A stretch of 64,000 nt of DNA, from contig NC_092678.1 in assembly GCF_964355755.1 (NCBI RefSeq), positions 11,716,352-11,780,351 of the forward strand, written 5' to 3'. Under the pieces are notes generated by a model. That model worked only from the letters and a program-made list of their open reading frames with translations. It had not been told where the DNA came from and did not search any database. Position 1 is the stretch's first letter. Each line of letters opens with the position of its first letter. The stretch is from Antedon mediterranea. Taxonomy: Eukaryota; Animalia; Echinodermata. This document shows, one piece after another, positions 26,846-64,000 of this stretch. Position numbers and translations under genes: made by a program.

Positions 26846-27066
26846 ATATCTATATATCTATTTATGACGTTATCCAAATTCCTTCACTTGCACTGATGAA
26901 GGGCTAGTGTTGCCCGAAAGCTCTGCTAACTTTTCTGCCTGTTTTACTTCTCGTTTTGATTTAGCTTTTCGCTTTTATTTTGTATCTCCATTGAGATCCA
27001 GCCACTGATACCCACAGCATTGTCATTTTTTCAGTAATTTGCCTTTGGATTTATATATATATATAT
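26846..27066 (+). mobile_element. Penelope-like element pseudo-LTR remnant flanked by (TA)n
   Basis: About 200 bp containing the hammerhead motif, bounded by TATATC/TATATA runs at 26846-26861 and 27051-27066. Confidence 0.55.
26888..26929 (+). ncRNA. Minimal type I hammerhead ribozyme (Penelope-type)
   Basis: ttgca-CTGATGA-a-GGGC-tagtgtt-GCCC-GAAA-gc-TC-tgctaa. The catalytic core is complete, stem II has 4 bp, stem III is the palindrome AGCT, and stem I is GCA/TGC. Confidence 0.7.
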
Positions 27067-27603
27067 GGCTAAAAACAAGCCATGCTTTGCTTTAAAGTTT
27101 GTGATTTACAAGTTAGGCCCAAAATGGTTTGTTTCCTGCCAACTACTGTCACTATCAAGATTTTCCGTTTCCATTCTATTATTTCACATCACTTAATTAA
27201 CCTGTAATATTAATTAGTTCAGTTTCATCTTGTTTTCTGTCTTTTTTTAATGAATTATATTTTTTCTCTTAAGTAGTTTTTTATATCAAGATTTTAATTA
27301 GTCTGTTAGTGGTGATGATTCGCTGTTGGTTTGAAATGAAATAAATCAAATAAATAAATAAAATGTTTGTTTTAAAAACTTCTGTGTGCATTAATTTGAA
27401 GAAAAAATATGCTAGATTTCTCCCCTTTGCATCACAACAATATTCTGCATTAAAACTTGTTTTAAACTTGACAGCAACCACATTTAACCAAGATCTAATA
27501 AAGCCATCAGTGACACAGTGCAGCTATCATCGTCCATCTAATAAACTGCTGTGTATGAATACTAGTAGCCTTAATTGATAGCAGAGCCATGTTCTTGGTA
27601 TTA

Positions 27604-53661
<26,058 letters not shown>

Positions 53662-53994
53662 CTTGACACGCTGCTGATATCAAAATTACAATGAAAAGAT
53701 CAATTAAACCTGAAAAAAACAATATGGGTAAATATCAATGGTTTGAACAACATTATTTGCATTTAGGATTTCATTTAAACAAATGGTTTAATGTTAAAAA
53801 AGGTTCAGTTAGCATGGTTTGCATTGGTAACCAATAACATTTAAAGACCCATTCCCTACAAATTTGATGTTTTGTATAAATAATGTATATACAGGGTACA
53901 GTATATTACTTTAAAAACATTAAACCAGGTCATTCCTTGTCTTAGTTATGTAGACCTAGCTGGTAAACAAACACCGTACACTAGGCTAGGCCTT

Positions 53995-54735
53995 GATCAT
54001 AAATTGAACTTTGATTATCATATAAATTGCTGTGTTGCTAAGGCAAATAAAATAGTGGATCTCATCAAAAGGACTTTTTGTTACAACGATAAGGATATGT
54101 TCCTTAGTCTATACAAATCTTTAGTCTGCCCTATCTTAGAATTTAACTGTTGTGTGTGGGCACCTCATAAAATTGAACTGATTAAGAAAATCGAGTCGGT
54201 TCAACAAAGAGCTACCACGTCATAGTCAGAAAAAAAACATTTGGCATATCCGTATAGATTGAAGTTTTTGGGTTTACCTACAAGAGTACAGACGATTAAG
54301 AGCGGATATGATCCAAATCTTCAGAATTATAAATGGTCTTGACGTTATAGAATGCAGAAAGTTTTTTACATTTGTTGATTGTCATGGAACTAGAGGTCAT
54401 GAATACAAGCTATATAAAAACAAGTTTAGGCTTAATTCCAGGAAGTTTTCCTTCACTTGTAGAGTTGTGGACTCGTGGAATAGCTTACCATCTAATGTTG
54501 TAAAAGCTCCAAATTTAAATCTATTTAAATCTATTCAAGTCACTCCTCAATGATCATTGGAAGTCCCTTGACTGCAAGTTTACCTTTTCACATTTTGTAA
54601 ACACTTTGGAACATTATGTGTACACCCGGAGCCCTAAGCATCTATATTTTGGTTATAAGAAGACAGGAAGGGTCATATAAGCTATATTTAGCTTTCTAAC
54701 CGACCCATAACATCAAGCAAGTATCAAGCAAGTAT
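53995..54735 (+). mobile_element. 5'-truncated, degenerate CR1-like LINE
   Basis: KANKI..LIKRTF...LYKSLV.PILE....W.PH...IESVQQRAT and TRGH.YKL...FTCRVVDSWNSLP, with frameshifts. Ends in a TATCAAGCAAG-type repeat tail. Confidence 0.85.
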
Positions 54736-55032
54736 AGCTAGTAGCTATAGGCCTAGCCTGACGTTGTATAGTTGCTGCATTAATTTTCTTTCTGTTTTTG
54801 CCAGACTCTGTTGATTACAAATTGGAGGAAACCCGGTATTTTCTCTGAAATGTTTGTCTTCCATTTGTTTTGGCCTCGTGATCAATCGAAAAGTGGGCGA
54901 ATTACAATTACAAAAGAAAAACAAAAATATAAATCTGTGCGCAATGCATGTTGGGATTTATAGCGGGCCGCTAAAATGATTAGAATCAACTTATTTTTCA
55001 CATTTTTAACCATTAAAGACGAAAACAGATTA

Positions 55033-55470
55033 AAGATTCAAGATTCAAGATTCAAGATTCAAGAAATTTTATTTGTCCATAAAAATGGAAATTCATTTTG
55101 CTTGGTAGATTAAAACAACAATATTGCAACAATTTAAAAACGTGCAGTATAATAACAGATTAAAAATACAAGTTAAAAAGTTAAAAATACTGTTAAAAAT
55201 GTAAAACTATTAAAAATTGCATTAACGTCTTACATTAGAATTAAAAATATGAATGCTATTTACAACGAAGGATTTTCTAGTTCTACAAAGATTTGCTCTT
55301 GGAGGTCGTAGCCTAATACCTGATCTATTTAAGTTATAACAGTAATGTAACGGATGAGTGGGGTCTTTCATAATATTGTTTACTTTTTTTAGAATACTCT
55401 TTTCATAGATAAATGAACAAGGCGTTAGATCAGCTTTAATAATACGTTGTGCAATTTTACGTGGTCTCAA
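55033..55470 (-). mobile_element. 5'-truncated Rex1/Babar-like LINE
   Basis: IMKDPTHPLH...SGIRLR.P...RTRKSFV..SI..FN followed by a (TCTTGAA)n tail at 55033-55065. Confidence 0.75.
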
Positions 55471-55981
55471 AAGGACCATACAGTATTTATTTTCGCATGT
55501 TTGTGACCTGAAATTAGATCCAAAAAAAGTTTGGAATGGGACTTTAACTAAAAGGATCCAGGCTATCAATTGTCATTTTGTAAAATTGGTTAATCAGTAC
55601 ATTTGATAGTAGCGACATATATGAAATCAAAAGTTTACATTGCGTAGTTGACTGTTGCACTATTGTGGGAGTTACTTTACAAATTCAATGAATTAATCAT
55701 AGATATTTGTTTTACTGTTTAGAGTTTAATTTGAGGTATATTACATCCTGAAATAAAACAATAAAGTTATATAAGGGAAAGTTAAACCTTGTATCCTTGT
55801 TAGTAAACTTATAACTAAACTAATGAACTTTTTGGAATTGGGAATGTATGTACATGTTCATGTTAACTACATAAAAACTGTACAAATGTTTTTCAGATCT
55901 ATGGTTATACGTGTTTGTTTTGCTGTGCAGGGCAATTACATGAGACTGAGAGTGAGAGTAATAGACCGGGCGCCCGGAAGA

Positions 55982-56365
55982 TTTATTCATGTGAAAAGAT
56001 ACAAAAGGTTTGATGATGTAGTTAGGTGCGTATTAGGGCTAGATGCAATATTCGACATTGCTGCCGGGTCACAGCCTGTACATGGGGCCTGTGGGGATCA
56101 TAACATAGGGGTGTAAAAATGCATTTATTCATGTGAAGCGATACAAGGATAAACTTTTTTGGATATCATTTGCAGTGGGCTACTAATGATTACATCACCA
56201 ATGACAGCAACTTTATCCTGTACGGGGCGCCAAACAGCAAAATTTTAGGGCCATGCCCAAATGGGTTTATTCATGTGAAGCGATACAAGGTTGAATCTTT
56301 TTTTAATGGCAGCAGTACATATTGGGGATGACAAAAACACCAATGACAGCAACTTTATCCTGTAC
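55982..56365. repeat. 142-bp-period array of two conserved blocks with divergent spacers
   Basis: Block A TTTATTCATGTGAAGCGATACAAGG at 55982 (variant), 56124 and 56266. Block B CACCAATGACAGCAACTTTATCCTGTAC at 56196 and 56338, with partial CCTGTAC ending at 56081. Confidence 0.85.
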
Positions 56366-56858
56366 ATAAGCTCAGACAGCAGCCCTAAAGGTCCGCAGTT
56401 TCCCCCTATTCGGCTATACTCGGCGCGTATGTCGTCTTATGGCGTTCAGCTGAGTTAGAAATATGTGATAGTGATACGGACTCGTTTTCATGAACACGAC
56501 AACTAACGATCAAATAACAGTTTTTCACATCGCAACTTATACAACGTAATTTTGAAAACTTATACAACGTAATTTTGAAAACTACAACCATTTTTCTATA
56601 TACATACAACGTACATTTCTAGTCTAACAAAAAATTTTCTAAACTTTCTATTATTTAAAAGTCGAAGATAGCCAGGTCTCGGGTCCATTCTATTGTCGCC
56701 ACAGATTGATATCTTCATCAGTACTTCTATGAATGGATGATTAGGTGGGAACACGAACGCTAGTTGATCATACCCAGTACCGCTTGATCGTACGATTAAT
56801 CGGGAAACTACCATACGACATGTGAATTAGACTGATAAAAACCAACAAAAAACTTAAT

Positions 56859-58069
56859 CTGGGGCGGATCCAGAGGGGGGGTCCACGGGGTCCGGACCCC
56901 ACCTAAATTTTAAGGGTGCCCTTTTTTTAGAGGTTCAATATTTTATTCGTGTGACATATTTGTGTATATATTAGTATGCACATAGTAGGCTACACTAACC
57001 CCAAAAATAAAAACAGAAATTTATCACAATGAGCGCGATGTTAAGTTACGGCGACCGATCAAAGAGCATCGTGAGAGGTGGTGACGCGTGATGATCTCTA
57101 CTTAAACTTCTAGAAATAGATCGTTTCACATACTACAGAGGGCGCATGTAAACTTTTTACGATTCAACTCCGCGTATGTCATTGAGGCGATTATTTGTCC
57201 ATTGGTAAACACATTTTTATGTATTATTATTCTGAAAATAATTGAACTGTAAACATAATTATTTTGAGTACTTGTTTATTTACATATCATTCCATCAGAT
57301 CAACTATTTTTTATTTCCATTACATCCAACCAAACATGTAAAAAATGTAGTTAAAATATCGTACTATCTAGCGCGTACGACCATACGCGGTAGATTGTTT
57401 ACTCAAAAATCATCGAACGGTCATCCTTACACTATTCAACTTTGTTCTTGTAGTTGAGCCTCTCATGACCTGGGATTTGTTTGACTATAGTTCTACAAGC
57501 CATGTGCTTTTTTCTCTGAGAAATATTTATTATAAGTGCAAAAAAATGTTTTTTTCTCGATATGAAGCCTTTATTATTCAAATCTTTTAAAGAAAAATCA
57601 CACATACCATAAAGAAGGTTCATTTATTTCATTTTTTAAACAATATTTGTGAAAATTACGTGAGGCTCAACTACAAAACCACCATTTTGTGATATGATGT
57701 CATCGTAAGCCAATCAAAGCTGAGCTTTCCCGCGATCGGCAGAGCTCACGGTTGAATGATTTTGGATTCTGGCTATTTGATTGGTGGACGCGAATCACCC
57801 ACAGCGGAATGTTTTATCTCGCGTGAGATTTTGCATCGTTATCCCTGCTAATAAAGTGTCATTTCCGGCGAACTAGAAAGGTGCCATTTATCATGGATTT
57901 TGCGTGCGAGAGTGCCATTTCCGGCCATCTAAGTGTGTCCTGTAACAAAATTCGCCACAACCCCCACCATGGGGGGGGGGGGGGGGCTGTGGCTCAAATA
58001 CTCAATATCTGATGTGCCCTTTTTATCGGCGGACCCCCCCCCTCTCAAAAATGTCTGGATCCGCCCCAG
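56859..58069. mobile_element. Non-autonomous DNA transposon, 1.2 kb, TIR CTGGGGCGGATCCAGA
   Basis: Perfect 16-bp TIR flanked by TTAAT on both sides. Fragments of related termini occur near 8940, 15710, 19640 and 24885. Confidence 0.85.
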
Positions 58070-58079
58070 TTAATCTGCC

Positions 58080-58625
58080 AACATTTTAAACATTGTTACT
58101 TATCCATATGGATCGACTACTGTATCGATTACTGCACATTGTTTTACTTTAACTGAACCAAAGAAAAATTTTTAATTTTTACTGTACTAACATTAGACAG
58201 TGATATCTGATAAAAGGCAACATTAATAATACTGGACCAAATTAAATATTGTTACTTATCCATAATGGATCGACTACAGTATTGATTACTGCACATTATT
58301 TTACTATAACTGGCCAAGTCAAATTTAAAATTGTTACTGTACTAACATTAGACAGTGATATCTGATAAAATGCAACATACTCAGGACCAAATTAAATATC
58401 GTTACTTGTCCATAATGGATCGACTACTGTATCGATTATTGCACATTATTTTACTATTAGTATAACTGCCCAAGTCAAATTTGAAATTGTTACTGTACTA
58501 ACATTAGACAGTGATATCTGATAAAATGCAACATACTCAGGACCAAATTATTAAATATCGTTACTTATCCACAATGGATCGACTACTGTATTGATTATTG
58601 TACATTATTATTCTCTAACTGAATC
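58080..58625. repeat. Degenerate tandem repeat of about 150-160 bp (about 3.5 units), with an inverted unit at about 62000-62141
   Basis: ATGGATCGACTAC at 58108, 58265, 58415 and 58574. The reverse-complement unit GTAGTCGATCCAT...TTTTATCAGATATCACTG lies at 62000-62141. Confidence 0.85.
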
Positions 58626-61331
58626 TTCTTGACTTTCTACTTTCCAGTTGCCATTTTGCGAAACGATTGGTACCTGGCCTCATTAATACTGTTCATGCTT
58701 TTAAACCCATATCTTGCATACATAGGCAGTGACTGCGGGTTTTTGTCACCACAAAGCGATCGCAATGCAGCAACATGTTTCTTGTCCTTCACTAAATAAT
58801 ATGTAAATGGGATTGACTTGCCTTTGTAGTATCATCCAGTATCATTACAGTGTGATATACCGTAATCAAATTTATAAATGACGCTGTCACAAATCATGTA
58901 AAAAGAAATCCAATAGCCCTTATTGGTTTTATTATATGAGTCAAAATATGCTAAAGTGTTATAAAACTGTAACACAGAGGTCAATTTTTCATCTTTAACC
59001 TTTTTTTTTTTTTATAACCTGAAATTGTTGAGTAAAAACATATCTTTCAGGCAATACTAAAAAAAAGATAAGTCACTGAACATGAACTTCAAAAAATGTA
59101 TTTTAATTTAATTGGTGTAGCAATTGCGTGTGTTAGTTTTGACGGACAAAATTTTGTTGTTTTTCTTGAACAAATAATAAAATTATCATAACTATGTCTT
59201 ATAATTTATTTAATTATGTTTAATATACTACATTTCAAAGTATAAATGCGGAAAAAAAATTTCTCAATAATCACATAAAAGTGTTTTTGTCTTTAAAAAA
59301 TTAGCATGCAATTGGTGAAAATTTATTATGCCGTTTTAATTGTACTTTAATCACTGTAAATCCTTTGGTTATTAACTATTCTTGATAGAATGGCAGAAAG
59401 TCATAATGGCAAAATGTTTTATGAGGAAAAATAATATCAAATGGCATATCTTTGAAAATAATGACATTATTTGAGGTGTACTTGCGTTTGTTAGTTTGAC
59501 AGACACTACGCTTGCGTGTGGTTGGCTATTTATTAAAAATTACCAATATTTTAAGGCAAAACAAAATTTTGGAAAGTATTTAATAAAATCCAAATACCGT
59601 TATGTAATCTCCGACATACAGTAATTTTCACTTGGCAAATTCAACTACCGGTATACAATACTTGCAGGTATAAAAACACAACTAAACATGTCATCAAAAT
59701 GGTTTGAAATATTTAAATTGAAAATCAATCTGAAACAATTATCTTAATTGCCTAATTATTATAGTCAACATGAAAACGTGCATGATGCATAAATAGAATA
59801 ATTATTGTGTAAATTGAGTTAAGTTAACACGCTGACGATGTCTGGCATTCTCTCTTTCTTGAAAATCTTTTTTTAATCTTTCTCTATACAATTTTGAATG
59901 GACCTTGAATTAGTTTTCGGGGTTGGTGAGCCCTTATTTATCTCTTCCATTTTTACTTTTATTTTTAAAACCATTCTGAAAATACAGCAAGTACAGAAAA
60001 AAATATTAATTTTGTATTTATTTTATTAATATTTTTATTTATTATATTAGTAAATCTATATGTTTTATTTATTTAATATTTCTTTAAATATTTTTATTTA
60101 TGTTAGTACATTTGATTTATTCTTTTATATTTTAATTTGTTTTATTTCTATTTGTTTTAATTTAGTATACTTAATTATTATTGAGTTAATACTAATTAAA
60201 TAGCCTGTTAGTTACTTAACTATATTTTTATTATAAGTATTAATATTTATAGTATCTATTTATTTATAATTATATTGGACTAAATGTTATACTTCAAAAT
60301 TATTTTACCATGCTAATCATCAACACACAAAATGAAACTAAATTGTTTAATTCCATTAAATATTTTTTTTTATGAAGTATAAAAGCTATTAAAATACGCT
60401 ATTTGTAATTGAAATGAAATACACGATCTGCCAAATCCTTATATACACGGCCGCCGTCCGTCAAATATAACGCACGTGTTCGCCAGCGCTCCTCCGGAGA
60501 CGGAATACCAGCGATTGCTACTTGTTTGAAGTATAGGCTTAGGCCTAGTTATAAAACCTAGGAATTACATGTATTAAAACTTGAAAAGAACATTCCATGA
60601 TATTAAAATTAACTAAAATCTAACCAATAAATATGTCAAGGCCTAACGCACGGAAGAAATATCTGTCAAATATAACGCACGATTTAGAAAGGTCAGTCAA
60701 AACACTGAGCAAATTAGCCTAGGCGTGTGCCTATCGCTGTCGCTTGAGACAGTTCGCCCTAATAGCCGTACCGAGGTAATTATTAGGCCTAAAATACCAT
60801 TAGAATTAAATATATAAAGCCTAAACTATGTATTTATGTTCTAAATGTATTTATTCATGATTTCTAATAATGTTAAGTACTTACGTGCGTTATATCTTGC
60901 GTGCGTTATATTTTTGACAGAAACTAGTTTTCGTTGTTTAGCGACGCAAGTTTACATTCTGTGAAGAATTTTTGCAGCGGGAAGCCATCGCGGGAGCTAT
61001 ATTTGTAGGCTGCCATGTGGTATCGTCTGTTTGCTCATTCTCGGCGGTAATGACAGGAAAACATTGCGTGCGTTAGTTTTTGACAGACAATGGTGACATT
61101 TTTTTTAAATCGGGATTTATATACAATTAAATTACATAACATTTAAAATCTGATGCATTATATAGAGTAAACATATCCTTGAATTGTTTAACATTTTGGT
61201 TTTCGTATTGCCGTTGTTCTAGGCCTAACCCAGCCTAGGCCTAGTCAAACTTGATTGTTGACGGACACAGTAACGCACGTCAGCACAAGCAAAGATATTA
61301 ATTTATTATACAAAAATAAAATATTGTGGTG

Positions 61332-61506
61332 CAGGGAAAATTTTCATTTAACAATTTTGTTTAGCAATATTGCTAATCAAACTGATTTTTAAGTCGAGAA
61401 ACATAGTTTTGTATTGTATTTTTTGCTACACAATTTTCAAAATGTGTAGCAATAAGGTTGTTTTGTATAGCTTTTTGCTACGCTACACTGGCGAAAATGT
61501 TCCCTG
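61332..61506 (-). mobile_element. Second copy of the CAGGGAA MITE
   Basis: Reverse complement of 42256-42431, with its own TSD TGGTG (61327-61331, 61507-61511). Confidence 0.85.
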
Positions 61507-64000
61507 TGGTGTCAATATATTGATTTTATTTATTGTTTATACATGTACTTCCAATATCCCAATCAATATTTTTATTATACTTCACAAATATCAAATATAA
61601 ATTGGATTATGAAGTGACACTCAAAATGTTACAAATTCATGGTGTGAGAATAGGCCATTATCACAACAAATTTGAAATTTAAAAAAAAAATAGTGGGTGG
61701 AGTGAAATGAAACTGTGTAAGTTATACCGTTGCATGTTAAACTATCTATTAATTCCCTACACATATTAGTGTATAGTATATAATATTTTTTATAAATACA
61801 AATTAAAATGGCATTTTATGTAACACCTTAGCATATTTTGACTCATATCGTGTATTCTGTTCAGCCAGTAATGGAATATGAGGAATGTACAATATTCAGT
61901 TATTTAATGCATACAGTACAGCCAGTAACCTCGATGTCTTTGCTCAATGCTTTTACAGTGTGTCGGTAGTTACACTGAATGTAAAATATTCGACCTGGGT
62001 TCAGTTAGAGAAAAATAATGTGCAATAATCAATACAGTAGTCGATCCATTGTGGATAAGTAACGATATTTAATTTGATCCAGTATTATTAATGTTGCCTT
62101 TTATCAGATATCACTGTATAATGTTAGTACAGTAACAATTTTAAAGGGGGGTTCCGGGTTTAAAATGAATAGTAAAAAATGTAAAATATGTCTCTTGAAC
62201 GGTAAAAGTTTCAATTTATATAAGCGCCCAGTGAAGCAGAACGAAGGCTGTGATATGAGGCCAGATTACAAGTGCAGCTACAGCGATATAACACTGTGTT
62301 ACAGAATAGGAAATTCGTGAAATGGTCAATCTTCCGACGACTCGTTATCATTAACCATATCAATTACTTTTGTAAAATTCTACTTATCTGATGTAATTTT
62401 AGTCGGTCTTCCCATTTATAAAATCAATTTTCTATGAAAATTTATCAAAACTGTGAAAAATTAGATATGTTTGCACTTTACGTTTGCCGATTTTAGCACT
62501 GACTTAGGGAAAGCCTTCAAAATCAATGAAGCGTAACGTATACATTCCTGCTGAGCGAGGAGAGCGAGACGACGATACACGTGCTCTCTCTGCCGGCCCA
62601 TGCCTGGCATCGTCACGTGATAAGCAGATACAGTATACAATACCAAACTGGTCGGGTCGCGTATACCCCGTCTATAATCACAACATGAACGATGTACAGT
62701 ATTTGATAGAAGGTCGACTCGACCTACCGGAATGGTAAGGATAATATAGCTCGAATGAGAGAGTTGGAATATTTGTAAACATAAGTATTGCTAATTTTAA
62801 CAAGTGTAGCCTATAGTAAAAGGCCTGGTAGTATCAATTCGCATAGGGTCTACAGTATTACACTATAGCTAGCCCGGTCTATAATGATAGAATGATCTAA
62901 AATAAGTTATTAATAAAACGAGTTAGTAAAGTAAATAAAATATTAAATGCCAGTTGACGAGTTAAAATTTAATTACTTTAAATCACAAAATACCTGCGTC
63001 AGCTCTAACTAAAAGTATTATGTCTCAGAATAGCCACTCTCTCAGGGAGGAATACATCAAGGTTACATAGTGTGTACTCCCACACTACTACTAGATATAA
63101 AAATATGTTTGATCCACATTCTATCATAATTTTTAATAAAAATCCAGGTCAAAATCGCTCTGGTCATACGATTTTGACCACCAAAAGTTGCTTAAACAAA
63201 ATGGCCAAAATCAGATGATGACCTTTTGAACTTAAATTGCACATTAGAGAATTGAGATAAAAATCCTGTTAAGTATAGGCAATTACAACATGGCTTAACC
63301 AAATCTATTCCTAGACCACAGACAGGCATCATGACGTACAGTACGACAACTTTGTTGTTCATAAACAACTAAATCACAAAGCATGAGAGTATTTGTAGAG
63401 TTAAATTGAATAATTGAAGAGTAGCCTTCTTTTGTTGAACAAGACCATTGTGTAAGATTGTGTGCTGGTACGCAAAGTTGCTTTGCATTACAATTGCCTT
63501 CAATATTGTCAATTCAGCCTATACACTGTTAGATCATACATCAGTGACATAGCACAATGCAGTACATTAAACCCTGAAAAATAGCACAGTTTGATTTTGG
63601 CTTGGCTACTGCAATTCTGATTTCTGTCACTGACGTTTATTTTGCAAATAATGTCAGTACCTACCATAAGTTTATAAAATTAATTCACTATTTATAGTAC
63701 TGCAGGTTCTCAACTTATACTTAAGTCTGTAATAAATAATTACTGCAGTACTGTATTACTGCAGTATTTTACACATCAAAGAGTCATTCTGTGGATACCC
63801 ATTTTTCTGAGTTTGCACAATATGATTTTCTTATTTGAAAGTATTGTACAGTAGTTGCTTGGTGCGTCATGAAAACAAAATGCAACCACACTGTTGTAAT
63901 TTATGTACAATCAGGGGAAACCCAGAAGCAGGACGGCGTGGTCATTGATTTTCCCACAATCATTGTGTTTTGCCAAGGGTTTCCAATCATAAGGACAAGT

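Noticed and set aside
55823-56116. 97-aa ORF overlapping the 142-bp array
   Set aside because: The period is not a multiple of three and later units contain stops, so protein coding does not explain the array.
59828-59865. CACGCTGAC...CTCTTTCTT resembling the CACTA-like terminus at 13775
   Set aside because: Short gapped match with no subterminal palindromes behind it. Position and orientation do not pair it with 13775.
62142-63240. TTAA-AGGGGGG start suggesting another Kolobok-like element with short ORFs at 62461-62738
   Set aside because: No matching right TIR was found and the ORFs have no recognisable motif.

Overview
AT-rich, intron-rich animal (invertebrate-like) genomic DNA, not prokaryotic. 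Three host genes can be assembled exon by exon with consistent splice phases. (1) The 5' part of a 10-formyltetrahydrofolate dehydrogenase (ALDH1L1/L2) gene on the minus strand, running off the left edge. (2) A complete 8-exon TAMM41 on the plus strand. (3) A complete novel-type protein kinase C (PKC-delta-like) with 16 coding exons and about 695 aa on the minus strand. The rest is a dense transposon landscape: a very young full-length Mag-like Ty3/Gypsy element in a PKC intron, a decayed CACTA-like element split by a foldback element, two TTAA-target Kolobok-like elements, MITEs with 5-bp TSDs, four LINE 3' fragments and many minisatellites. The most notable observations are: an apparent dual-promoter ALDH1L gene giving mitochondrial and cytosolic isoforms; a minimal hammerhead ribozyme in a Penelope-like remnant; a 142-bp-period array of invariant blocks with divergent fixed-length spacers; a 54-bp satellite whose single variable base spells an 8-unit higher-order repeat; TAGGCCTA clusters marking first-intron 5' ends; and a candidate C2-less PKC start exon. 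All calls were made by eye; no searches were run.
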